DNA from: Minutocellus sp. GHC0000111
Taxonomy: Eukaryota
Reading direction: 5' to 3'
Assembly: GCA_977018835.1 (NCBI GenBank)
Contig: OZ361256.1
Coordinates: 4,216,001 to 4,280,000 of the forward strand
Length of the DNA stretch: 64,000 nt
The notes under the pieces were generated by a model. The model was not told the DNA's origin, did no database searches, and saw nothing but the letters and a program-made list of their open reading frames with translations. Shown piece after piece: positions 13,581 through 23,834 of this stretch (position 1 is its first letter; each line of letters opens with the position of its first letter). Made by a program: the position numbers and the translations under genes.

Positions 13581-13836
13581 GATAACTTATGTTATTGCGA
13601 TCGATCGGATAAATATTTGATGAGTACTAAACTGAGCAGCGTTGTATCACAGTATGAGCCACGGTCGAAGGGATTGGAAGGTTCGAAATGGCTCGGGCTC
13701 GGGCGCTCGGGCGGCCGCGCAAATGAAACGCAGCCGGCGAGGTTTTCCACTTTGCTTCCGGGTTTCTCGCAAAATGCCGACGAACGACGAACGAACACAT
13801 CATGTGCTGGTTTTTGTTCCTCGAAGATACGCCGGG
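13581..13836. promoter_or_regulatory. Putative bidirectional promoter between G6PD and glucokinase
   Basis: 256 bp between divergent ATGs, with GC-rich core ggctcgggctcgggcgctcgggcggccgcgc. Confidence 0.55.
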
Positions 13837-15040
13837 ATGAGTACCAAAACAACAACCACCGTAGCCGCGGGAGCCGCAGCCGCCCTCTCCCTTGCCGTTC
13901 TCTACAAAACTCTTCGAAAAGGCAGTTCTTCGTCTTCCTCCTGTGCAAACGCCAACAACACGTATTTATTGGCCGGCGACATCGGTGGGACGAACTCGAG
14001 ACTCTCGCTGTATGATCCCCATCACTGCGAGCCAAGCGGTAGTGCCGATCCGCCGGCGCCTTTATACACCAACACCTTCCGGAATAACGAGGCGCTGCAG
14101 CATGGCGACGGGGACCTAACCTTTGCGTTGGATGTCATCCTGCCCTTCCTTACCGAGTGCTTTGAGGACAAGGGCATACCCGAACGGTCGCACATTGTGG
14201 CATGCTTCGCCGTGGCCGGTCCGGTGAACCAAAACCGCGCCCAAATGACCAACATCGGCGGCGATCACACTCCCGACGTTGGTGCACCGAAGCAGATATT
14301 GGTCATTGACGGCAGTGTCATCGAATCAGCAACCAAATCCCACCTGGCCAAGGTGATGAAATGCCGCATCGTCAATGACTTTGTCGGGCAGGGTTTGGGC
14401 CCAAAGTTTGCGTCGGTGCCGGCACCGGACTTGGCGAGTGCTTCTTGACCATCAGTTCGCTAAACCCCGAAAGTGGATACGAATGCTATCCTTCCGAGGG
14501 GGGTCACGTGGAGTATGCCCCCCGATCGGAGCTGGAGGTCGAGCTGTTGCAGTATCTGATGAAGAAGTTTCAGCAGAACCATCGAGTGAGTGTTGAGAGG
14601 GTTGTGTCGGGCAAGGGCCTTGCGAATGTTTACGAATTTCTCGCGCAAAAGTATCCCAAGAGGGTCGCTAAGGCCATTCATGCCAAATTTCTTGAGGCTG
14701 GCGACATGCAGGGTGCCGTCGTGGGTATGAATGCCGGGATCAAGGGCAGTCTAATGGAGCAGGCCATGCACATCATGGTCGGAACGTACGGCAGCGAATG
14801 TGGGTCGGCGGCGCTCAAATGGATTCCAACCGGTGGCCTCTACGTCACAGGTGGACTTACGCCTAAAAATATCAAGCACATTGAGGGCGAAGAATCGCCT
14901 TCCTCAAGGCCTTCTTTGATAAGGGCCGGGTCAGTCCGCTTCTGGATTCCATTCCCGTCTTTGCTGTCATGAATGAAGACATTGGTCTCAGAGCTGCGAG
15001 AGTGTGCGCCATGCGAGAGTTCAAGAGTCTGTGCAGTTGA
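13837..15040 (+). CDS. glk: Bacterial-type glucokinase (Glk family) with N-terminal hydrophobic anchor; frameshifts near 14404 and 14900
   Basis: LAGDIGGTNSRL, FAVAGPV, VNDF, VGAGTGLGE, PSEGGH, RVSVERVVSGKGL, GGLYVTGG, DKGRVSPLL, ending at TGA 15038-15040. Confidence 0.9.
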
Positions 15041-15543
15041 GTAGTCACATACGCAGTATATTTTCATAGATAGTTTTTTTGTAATCATAACTGGCCTTCA
15101 TATAGCATATCTTTGTCAAATGTTCCGACCATGCAAGCTCGGGAAGATTCGAAGAACTGATGATGTAATTGTCGCATCCGAATTCTCATCGGCCTTTTAC
15201 ATAAGCCCTCCTCAAGAGCCCTTTTTCGCATCGTTCATAAATGGCTGTTTGTTGAGCAGACAGATCGGCCCGTCAAAAGTTTTAGTGATGCTCGGCTGGC
15301 GATTTGAAGTTTGTTGCTTGATGCGGCCCTCGCGATCGCCTTTGCGTCGCAGCCATCTCTTCGCGTTCTCCAGAGTTGCTCGACTGCTCGCGATACGAAT
15401 GTAGATCGCTAAACTACAAGTACCTGAAAGACATGCAAACGACAGCCTTTGTCCCTTCGCCTCATTATCATCACACGTTAATCTCTCCTACCACCCCACC
15501 TCTTTTGCCCGCACACCTCTACTTTCGTCCTCGTAAATCAAGC

Positions 15544-16581
15544 ATGAAGACAGGGATCGAGCCAGTTCGAGGCCGGCCCGCATCAATATCTGTGACTGCC
15601 GGTCAAGTCGAGCCGTTGACGCAAAACATCAGTTCTGACAATACTACCACTACGGCTTCGTCGCGCGAGGAAGACGACACATATTCGGACATCAAGATGT
15701 CAATATTATCAAATGCATTTTTTCTTGGTGGGGGCATTGCCTACATCGTAGGAACTTCTTGGGATTGGATGTTGCAGGGAGCGCCGATAGATGGAGGTAC
15801 CAACAGTCTGCATTTCTTCCTTTATCAATCCATTTGGCTGCTCGGACCGCTGATTTATCTGCTGAATGCCGTTGTGGATGTGACTTGGGCTCTTCGAACT
15901 TCTCGGAAGAACAAGCGTCGCCGGGCATTGCTTAAACTGAAGCATTCGACTTCGTCTGGTGTCTCTTCAGCGGCGACGAGTCCAGCCACACTTGATACCG
16001 CCGACGACAACACGGCCACGTCGGAATTGTCGTGCGCTGATTCGTTGCCATGCGATGTCCCGACCCAAAAGAAATTCCGTGCCAAATCAAGGAAATTCAT
16101 TCGGCGCATCCGAAGGCACTTTGGACATCGACGAGAGTTGTCAGCAGCGTTGACATTTGGTATCGCTGCCTTATTTGCCGTAGCCGGTGCCATACCCAGC
16201 ATATTGCGATTATATGGAGACGCCCTCGTGGGTAAATTCAATGCTGCATCCGTCCATTTTTACCTCGTTTCCGCAGTATTTTCGGTGTGTGGAAATCGAT
16301 CGACACCAACGCCCTCTGCGCCTGGTGCCACTGCCTTGCCTTGGTGGGAAAATGCTGACACATTGGAAAGTATCGGAGATGCCTTTTTCTTCGTAGCCTC
16401 GATGGTGGACGTTATTCTTGCTGATTGTTCGTTTGATGATGCCATCCTCGCCTGGCCAATCGCCTCGTCTCTCCTATGGTTTGGCGATGCGCTCTTGCAC
16501 CTTCGCGCTGACTTCGTCTCTCTCTACGATACGAACCGGAGAGAGGGATTCGTCTACGCCGAATCCCCTAGACCGTCTTAG
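15544..16581 (+). CDS. Multi-pass membrane protein of unknown function
   Basis: About six hydrophobic segments in pairs; first ATG with coding-like context is 15544. Confidence 0.6.
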   Translation: MKTGIEPVRGRPASISVTAGQVEPLTQNISSDNTTTTASSREEDDTYSDIKMSILSNAFFLGGGIAYIVGTSWDWMLQGAPIDGGTNSLHFFLYQSIWLLGPLIYLLNAVVDVTWALRTSRKNKRRRALLKLKHSTSSGVSSAATSPATLDTADDNTATSELSCADSLPCDVPTQKKFRAKSRKFIRRIRRHFGHRRELSAALTFGIAALFAVAGAIPSILRLYGDALVGKFNAASVHFYLVSAVFSVCGNRSTPTPSAPGATALPWWENADTLESIGDAFFFVASMVDVILADCSFDDAILAWPIASSLLWFGDALLHLRADFVSLYDTNRREGFVYAESPRPS

Positions 16582-17579
16582 GCCCCTCGTGGTGGTATGC
16601 GATGTGCATCCTGGTATATAGTGGGGCGGGAGCGTCCTATGAGGACCTATGAGTGAGCTAGCGTGTATGCAGATGTAGATGTACACACATAGTAGAGATG
16701 GATATATGGACGAATGGGCTGATTAGGCGAATTAGAGCCATGATCAGTCTGCCCCTGCCCCAATGCATCCCTTTCACTCTGCCAGAGAGAAAGAAAAACA
16801 CAAGGGTGGGTGACGATCGGCTAAGCTATCTAAGGTCTCTCCTTGAGGGAGAGCTAGTAATGCTGCAAAGGAGAGAAGGAGATGAGAGAAAGTGATGCAC
16901 ATGCAAGAGTTGAAATTTTAGGGAGCATGTGAATCCAAATTTTTAGATCTGCCGACGGTGATAGCGTGGAAGCCGATCGAGAACAGGGAGGGAGAAACAA
17001 AAAAGAAGCCATCCGACCTCTGTCGAGGTCAGTTCCGATTGTCGTACCTTATTGGTAACGGTCAAAACGGAATCCGACGAGTTTGCGGATGGCAAACTAG
17101 AAAAAACATGGCTCGAACGAGCCGCTTCAGCCCGACGGTCCAGAGGAGACCAACGCATACGTCATTCGTTCGTTGGTGGTGCAGGTAGGAGGCAGTACTG
17201 ATTCTACCTGCATCGGGAGGAGGCAGAGCATGGCGCACTGACGCACTTGGGTGGTATGATGGTGCAGCAAGGCGGGGTTGGCTTGCCGAACGGCAGTCCA
17301 TTTTCCTGACGTGGCTGTGACGTTCACCACCTCGCTCGTCCTTCCGCCTGAGTCTCAATAAATCAAAACAATAAATGGAATTTTTCGTGGCTTTGATGAT
17401 TGTGAAGGGCCGGAATCTCCCAAACACCGGATAAATTCATCGCACTTCGTTAGTCTCGTCGAAGCACCAGCAGATCAGAATGGATTTGTTTAATACTCGT
17501 AATACGATACCCTCCTATTTTTTAGTTAATATTGTGTAAAATTAGAGACTACTACTGCAAAATAAGAAGCTCAATCAAA

Positions 17580-18809
17580 TCAATTTGGGTCAAACAATCT
17601 GATATCAACATGCTCTGTGCTCTTTCCTGTAGCAATGACATTTGCCATGGTCTCCCCGCTGCCGGGGCCCAATAAGATTCCCCAGCAGCTGTGTCCAGCA
17701 GCCACGTAACAGCCCTTTTGCGTGGAGATTTCTCCCATCATCGGCAAGCCGTCTGGCGTACTTGGCAAATAGCATGATTGCGTTAAGCAAGGTTCGGCAC
17801 TGAGAGCTCCATCCTTGCCAGACGCCGATCTGACGGCATTTACAATTTCATCCACCTTTTCCTGACGCACTTCCTCTTCACCTGGACTTTCGCTCACTTT
17901 GACAGGAGAGTCTGGAAAGCCGCAACAGTAAGCAGTTTTATCAGGTCTAGGATACACCTCAGGATCACCACATCCAGAAAAGAAAACGGCCTGGTTGAGA
18001 ATTCTTTCGGTGGGAATGTGTACTGAGTGATACTTGACGCCGAGCATAACTCCCTGCTTCGTCCAAGGGCCACATGCGTACAGCAGAGCGTCTCCAGAGA
18101 TTTCAGTGCCATCCTTCAGCTTGATTCCCACGAGCTTATCTTTGACGTACAATGGAACATCCACCTCCCCCTTGATTATTTCACAACCTGCCGCCTTTTT
18201 TGCTTCCTCAAATAGCGCGTCACAAAGCATCTTGGGATGAACCTGCGCAATCGTGTCCTCATCGCCGAGAGATTGCATTCCCAATACAGAGTCATCAGAC
18301 TCATCGTCTTGTGCCCAATCAACACCTGCCAATTTCTTCCCCTGGGGCTTTGTCATGCGTCTGGATGGATCGACAGAAATACTTGCACAGGTCAAACGTC
18401 GGTACATGATTTGATCGGCACCAAACTCCTTGGCCAATTCCTCGTGCAGAGCAAAGCTGCGGCGGGCCAACCGTCCAAGTGGTGGCGTGTGGTCGTTCCA
18501 GTCCAAGGCCAGAAAGCCACCAGCCTTGCCGCTCGCAGCTGGGGCGACTTCGCCGGTAATATCAACCAGAACGCTCTTGATATTGAAATTCTTGGCCAAA
18601 TAATATGCCGTCGTTGTTCCGATCACCCCAGCGCCGGCAATTAAAACAGTGCTGGGCGTTGATGAATCCGCAGGAGACGCGGACATGGCAAGCTGTGAGC
18701 CGTACTTGTAGCTGTGCTGTGTAGTAAACGACAACGATGTCGGGAGGATCAGCGCAAGGCTTATAAGTAGTAGTCCTATGGGAGGGACAAATACACGAGC
18801 TCGTGTCAT
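17580..18809 (-). CDS. FAD-dependent oxidoreductase (DAO family, TDA3-like), probably plastid-targeted
   Basis: VLIAGAGVIG, ASGKAGGFLALDW, AGHSCWGILLGPGSG; signal peptide ending SLS|FTT. Confidence 0.85.
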   Translation of the reverse strand: MTRARVFVPPIGLLLISLALILPTSLSFTTQHSYKYGSQLAMSASPADSSTPSTVLIAGAGVIGTTTAYYLAKNFNIKSVLVDITGEVAPAASGKAGGFLALDWNDHTPPLGRLARRSFALHEELAKEFGADQIMYRRLTCASISVDPSRRMTKPQGKKLAGVDWAQDDESDDSVLGMQSLGDEDTIAQVHPKMLCDALFEEAKKAAGCEIIKGEVDVPLYVKDKLVGIKLKDGTEISGDALLYACGPWTKQGVMLGVKYHSVHIPTERILNQAVFFSGCGDPEVYPRPDKTAYCCGFPDSPVKVSESPGEEEVRQEKVDEIVNAVRSASGKDGALSAEPCLTQSCYLPSTPDGLPMMGEISTQKGCYVAAGHSCWGILLGPGSGETMANVIATGKSTEHVDIRLFDPN

Positions 18810-18847
18810 GGGAGAGACAAGCAAGAGTTTGGGGCCAAGTACAGCAG

Positions 18848-19005
18848 TCAAAGAGAAGTGGCGGCCAACCAAGTACGTAGGCTAGTCAAAGAGAAGTGGC
18901 GCTTCGTTGTGAGCCAAGATACGCGGCCAACCAAGTACGTGGTCAAAGAGAATACCGGTAAAAGTGGCTGGTAGTTCGTTGTGAGCCAAGATACGCACAG
19001 ATACG
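18848..19005. repeat. Shuffled short direct repeats in a divergent intergenic region
   Basis: gtcaaagagaa x3, gcggccaaccaagtacgt x2, ttcgttgtgagccaagatacgc x2. Confidence 0.8.
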
Positions 19006-19251
19006 CACGCACATCATGTGATCGTGTGACCCGATCGACGGAAAGATGGAAATCCCAGCTCGCGCGCGCTCGCTCGGCCGCCGGGGCGGGGCGGCCGGGC
19101 TCTCGCTCTGCTCTCGCCTCATCTTTGCCGCCGCGCCCTGTTGCCCTGCTCTGCCTGCTGCCGCCGACTGCTGCTGCCTGCACTGACGCGACGGACGTTG
19201 CAACGTGGTCAACGCGGTCGCTTAGGACGAAGTAACCAAATGCATGCATTC

Positions 19252-19881
19252 ATGCAACTTCCTTCTCTTATCTGCCTCTACTGTTTCTTTCTTTGTTTCA
19301 TCCCTCGTACCGGCGCATTCTCCACCTCCACCGAATTCGGTACTGGAACACGTACTCATACGTGGAGCATGAGTCCGAACGCAGCAGCTGATGCCGCCGA
19401 TGCTTCGGCAACAGTGATTTCCGACATTACTATTCGAGCCATTACAGCCGATCAACTAGACATGAAGGGTTGCTACAGCGTGAGAAGAAAAGTGTTTATT
19501 GAAGAGCAGCAGGTGCCGGCAGAAATTGAGATGGATGCGAATGACAAGACTGCAACCCATATTTTGGCCACTGCTGGAGACGACAAAACGCCAGTTGGTG
19601 CAGCTAGAATTGTTTACGTGGATGACGGAAAGGTTGGAAAGATTGGCAGAGTTTGCGTCCATTCCGAGCATAGAGGAAAGGGAATTGGCCGTCAGATCGT
19701 CTTGTTTTGCGTGGATCAGATACGGAAGGAAGTTGGGGTGAATAGCGGTGGAAAGGCAAAGCTGGGCAGTCAAGTGCACGCTCTCGAGTTCTACAAGAGC
19801 ATGGGATTTCAGCTGACTGATCGTGAAGAGTACATGGATGGAGGAGATATCCCGCATCGCGACATGGTAATGAATTTATGA
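19252..19881 (+). CDS. GNAT acetyltransferase (ElaA/YjcF-like), probably plastid-targeted
   Basis: VRRKVFIEEQQVP, KIGRVCV..HRGKGIG, FYKSMGF, IPHRDM; signal peptide ending TGA|FST. Confidence 0.85.
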   Translation: MQLPSLICLYCFFLCFIPRTGAFSTSTEFGTGTRTHTWSMSPNAAADAADASATVISDITIRAITADQLDMKGCYSVRRKVFIEEQQVPAEIEMDANDKTATHILATAGDDKTPVGAARIVYVDDGKVGKIGRVCVHSEHRGKGIGRQIVLFCVDQIRKEVGVNSGGKAKLGSQVHALEFYKSMGFQLTDREEYMDGGDIPHRDMVMNL

Positions 19882-19977
19882 GTCGCGTCGGCCAGATGTT
19901 GAATTGAAATCGTAACATTAGCATACTCAATGTGGCATCCCTCCTTTTTCATGTACTAAGTAAGGATCTACCTCTAG

Positions 19978-20946
19978 CTAGATATGCGGACGAACCAAAT
20001 CAAGAAGGCCATCCTTCATCAAGGCACCTTCAACACGATTGACCTCCTTGCCACTGGGATCAAACACAAGGACCGTGGGGAGACCCCCGACTCTCAACTT
20101 GGCGGCCCACTGACTGTATTTGTCGGAATCAATCTTCGCGACACGAACGCTTTCGCCAAGCTCTGCTGCCGCCGCTGCTAACTGTGGCGCCATGATCTGA
20201 CACGGTCCGCACCACGTAGCATATACATCGAGCAGTAGCGGCGTCCCAACGTCCTTCGCTCTGTTGATCTCGGCCTCCAGCTGATCGTCGTTGATATCGG
20301 CAACCGATCCTGGCTCCAAGGCGCCAGACGGAGAAAAGTCGGAAGCCCGTTCCATGGCATCGGCCAAAGCTCGGACAAGATCTTCCTTCTCTAGCAACCC
20401 AGCCCATCGGATATTGCGCTCGGAAAGCTTGGTTCTCAGCTCCTTGACTCGAAGAGATCTGAGCTCATCCAGGACCGCATCTCTGTCAAATGTGCTGATG
20501 TTAGTGCTGGTGCTGGTGCTTGCGCTAGCATCATCCTTTGTTTGCGCGTCATCAGCCGGGGATGCACTCTCTTCTTCCCCGCTCGGCTTGACCAATCCAT
20601 TTCGGGCATCCTTCAGTCTCTTCACGAGGCATTCCTTGTCAAAACAGTCGGTATACGAAATTTTCCTTTGCTTGAGTTCCGCCTGAATCTCGCCGAGCCT
20701 CATAGTAGAGGGATCATCCTCCTGCTGGTCACTGTCCATATTGGTAGGCTCTGCCGCCGCAGATTCCGATGCAGCCAATTTTTGCAGCAGCACCCGAGGG
20801 CGAGCGGGAATGAGGTTGCTGTGGTGACGGTGAGTGGTGGTGAGTGGGGCTCGTGCTGATGGCGCCGGCATGAAGGCGGCAGCTTGGCCACATGACATGC
20901 CGAAAACGACTAGAGTTATAGCGATTTGAGATGATGATAGAAACAT
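19978..20946 (-). CDS. Plastid-targeted thioredoxin with two SAP-like helical repeats
   Basis: YATWCGPC active site; AAA|FMP targeting motif; repeats EIQAELKQRKISYTDCFDKECLV and KELRTKLSERNIRWAGLLEKEDLV. Confidence 0.85.
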   Translation of the reverse strand: MFLSSSQIAITLVVFGMSCGQAAAFMPAPSARAPLTTTHRHHSNLIPARPRVLLQKLAASESAAAEPTNMDSDQQEDDPSTMRLGEIQAELKQRKISYTDCFDKECLVKRLKDARNGLVKPSGEEESASPADDAQTKDDASASTSTSTNISTFDRDAVLDELRSLRVKELRTKLSERNIRWAGLLEKEDLVRALADAMERASDFSPSGALEPGSVADINDDQLEAEINRAKDVGTPLLLDVYATWCGPCQIMAPQLAAAAAELGESVRVAKIDSDKYSQWAAKLRVGGLPTVLVFDPSGKEVNRVEGALMKDGLLDLVRPHI

Positions 20947-21593
20947 GCTGAAGAAAATTTGTAGAGGTGCTGCGGCTCGACTCCTCGCTTGGCTCTTGAC
21001 TGAGCTTTGCTCCTCTCTGATTCGATTCGATGATTCGAGCTTCATCATTCATCGATCGATCGTTAGTGGGCGGCTAGGAATTCCTACATGTAGGCTCTGT
21101 CCGTCGTCAGAATGTTCGCATAAAAATGCGAGCGAACCCTTCCGCCCACCTCTGCCTCGCCTCTTTCTCCTCTCGGCAACAGTTTGAAGAGGTGCGCGGC
21201 CAGTTTGCTTCGAATTTTTTACGTGTTTGCCCCTGTCTCTCGGCAATGACTCAGCCAACGCCAAAGGCAAAGACTTGGTATGAGCATTCTTGCTATTGTT
21301 TGAGCTGAACGAAATTTCCTGGGGCGATATTATTTGAACTCGGGCCCATTCATAGGAATTCATACTGCAATTCGACTCACTCGTCTTTACATGTACCGTT
21401 GAGCTGTTGACTTCGTCGAGAGAAAGGGGGTGGTCCGCATTCGTACTACAAGCTTTAGCACGATTTTTACTCTGCTTCCTGGACTGGACAAAGACTTTGC
21501 TGCACCATTTGCAAACTCGTAATCCTACGCTTCGTCCGTAGCCGTCGTTGCTGATCTATCCGTTTTCGACAAAGCAACACCAACCTTCCAACC

Positions 21594-23834
21594 ATGGCCA
21601 CCAATACCAAGCGAACGTCGTCGGCCCTTGCGCCCATCAAACAGCAGAAGCAAAATGCTGCCGTCCACATTGTTCGGGTCAAGGTCCTTGGCCTAGCGGG
21701 AGTCGTCGTGGACAACACTCCGAACGAAAAGTCCCCATCCCTCCCTCCGGAGCATATGAAGGCTGCAATTGTGCTCTCCCGCGATGGCCGACCTGTCGGC
21801 AACGCCAACAGCTCCAATGGATGGGCCGCATCGAATCTCTCCCTTCCTCTCCGTCCCTCTCCCGGCGAGGATGTGGTGACCCCGCGGGATGATGTGTCAT
21901 TCAGTGGTGATACCAAGGCATCGAGGTCCAGTCTGCGGATGCAGCAGAAGGATGCCGAGAAAGGTGCTGTCGAGGTGGCCCCTCCGGGATCAGTGAGGTC
22001 GGCAGGGCGATATCTTGCAGTTTGGGATGGAGCAAAGAACTCACGCGATGGAGCTGAGCCCGTTGTTCTGGAATTTGAGACTCCGCTGGCTCGAACGGAC
22101 TCTACGTCACAGGCCATGAGTTCTGCAGGTGCCGGTGATGTCAGTATTGCTTCTGTGACAACCTCACGGTTCGCCCCAAAGAGCTTCAACATTGGAATTG
22201 TCCTTTCGCCGAGCGTCTCGGGCATTGATGCCGGGTGCGCTTATCCCCTCGGCGCTGTATGTCTCACCATTATCGGTGACGATGCCGAGCTGGGAGAACG
22301 AGTTATTGACCTTCCGGTTCTTAGTACGGCAGCGACGCGTCCAATGGTCGGTCCCGGTTCTACTTCCAAGGAGAGGAAGATGGTAGATCTCCAAACGGGG
22401 CGTGATATCACATCTCTGAGAGAGATGGAGAAGCATTTCACAGGAGTATTTTCCGCGGCTGCAAGCATAATCGAAACCAACTCATCGAAGGTCGGCAAGA
22501 AGAAATCCAGATCACCGCTCAAGAAGTTCTTGTCCAAGAAATCGAAGGGAGATGCGAAGAAGACTACGGCCACCTCCTTGGCCACGCCAAGGAGTCAAAT
22601 GGAGGTCTTTCCTGACAAGTATAGTATCGACTCATCTGGCGATGCTGTCCTTCGCCTGTCGATTGAAGTGTATCCCAAGCCAGAGCCTGACTTGGCTATG
22701 CCTGCTACTGTTCCAGCTTTTGCTGCCAAGAGGAGAGGATCGGGTGCAAAGATTACAGTCGTTGATGATGGGCAAGAGAAGGCTCAGACATCTTCACCCG
22801 CACCGTCTGATGCTCGACCACTCGCTTTGGATAAGAGAAATCCATCTGATGAAGTCACTGAAGCTGTAGTCACAGCACATCATCGTGGTGGCAAATTATC
22901 TGCAGGTGCGAGCGTATTGGGTGCCATTTCTAATAAGGAGGAAGATGAGACTACGTTTGGATCTACATCCAAGAGCGAACCTTCCTTGGGCGTGATCGAA
23001 TCGAACGAAACAGATCTTACACGAGAGACCGGAACGGTTGGAACCGGAACCGTCGGTGATGGAACGACTGGTCAAAGCACTATTGGAACCGATGCTGAGA
23101 CTGCTGCATCGTTCAAGATGACAAGCTCCTTCGTCAATCGCTTTACTTCCGAGGTAGCGTCGATGGCGCGTGAGGCACGGGCCGAGGGAGAAAAGACAGG
23201 AAATGTATTCGAGGCCTATTTTGACACATTTATACTGGCCGGTTGCAGACCAGTGTCAAAGGACGATAACGACGAGAAGTCAGATGATCTTCAGTCTCCA
23301 GAAATCGGACCTGAGATGCAGAACAAAAACACTTCCTCGTTCCCACGAAATTCTTCGAATAATTCCCCTCGAGGAATTGATGACTTACCCGTGGAGGAGA
23401 GCAGAGATGTAGCCGTCAAGTCTCCTACGGTTGGGGAGAAAATCACAAGCATTCTCACGTGTGGAGCAGGTGCACCTTTTGTGGAACCTATGGTCGATAA
23501 CGACAAGCCAACGAGGTTCGTTGACCGCACCCCACCTCCGGCCGATCAGCGCCCACCTCGTGAGATCGTACCAGACAGTGATATTGGCAGCATCGGCGAT
23601 CTAACAGAAAATACTTTTGATTATTACACCAAGAGGATTGGTGCTACCTCAAGAATGCGATCGACACCATATGATGTTCGAAATCAGGACATGTACGGTA
23701 TGAATGGCCCAGACGACATGACGATGGGCAAGGAAGATAATTCGGTCCCTTTTCCAGCAGCCGCCATCAATATCAGCATGTGTGAAGGCATTTGTCCCTA
23801 CGAGGAAGCGAAGAAATTTGGACAGGAGATTTAG
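21594..23834 (+). CDS. Hypothetical protein with possible N-terminal C2-like beta domain and disordered tail
   Basis: 746-aa uninterrupted ORF; beta-strand pattern IVRVKVLGLAGV..LAVWD..LRLSIEV. Confidence 0.6.
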   Translation: MATNTKRTSSALAPIKQQKQNAAVHIVRVKVLGLAGVVVDNTPNEKSPSLPPEHMKAAIVLSRDGRPVGNANSSNGWAASNLSLPLRPSPGEDVVTPRDDVSFSGDTKASRSSLRMQQKDAEKGAVEVAPPGSVRSAGRYLAVWDGAKNSRDGAEPVVLEFETPLARTDSTSQAMSSAGAGDVSIASVTTSRFAPKSFNIGIVLSPSVSGIDAGCAYPLGAVCLTIIGDDAELGERVIDLPVLSTAATRPMVGPGSTSKERKMVDLQTGRDITSLREMEKHFTGVFSAAASIIETNSSKVGKKKSRSPLKKFLSKKSKGDAKKTTATSLATPRSQMEVFPDKYSIDSSGDAVLRLSIEVYPKPEPDLAMPATVPAFAAKRRGSGAKITVVDDGQEKAQTSSPAPSDARPLALDKRNPSDEVTEAVVTAHHRGGKLSAGASVLGAISNKEEDETTFGSTSKSEPSLGVIESNETDLTRETGTVGTGTVGDGTTGQSTIGTDAETAASFKMTSSFVNRFTSEVASMAREARAEGEKTGNVFEAYFDTFILAGCRPVSKDDNDEKSDDLQSPEIGPEMQNKNTSSFPRNSSNNSPRGIDDLPVEESRDVAVKSPTVGEKITSILTCGAGAPFVEPMVDNDKPTRFVDRTPPPADQRPPREIVPDSDIGSIGDLTENTFDYYTKRIGATSRMRSTPYDVRNQDMYGMNGPDDMTMGKEDNSVPFPAAAINISMCEGICPYEEAKKFGQEI

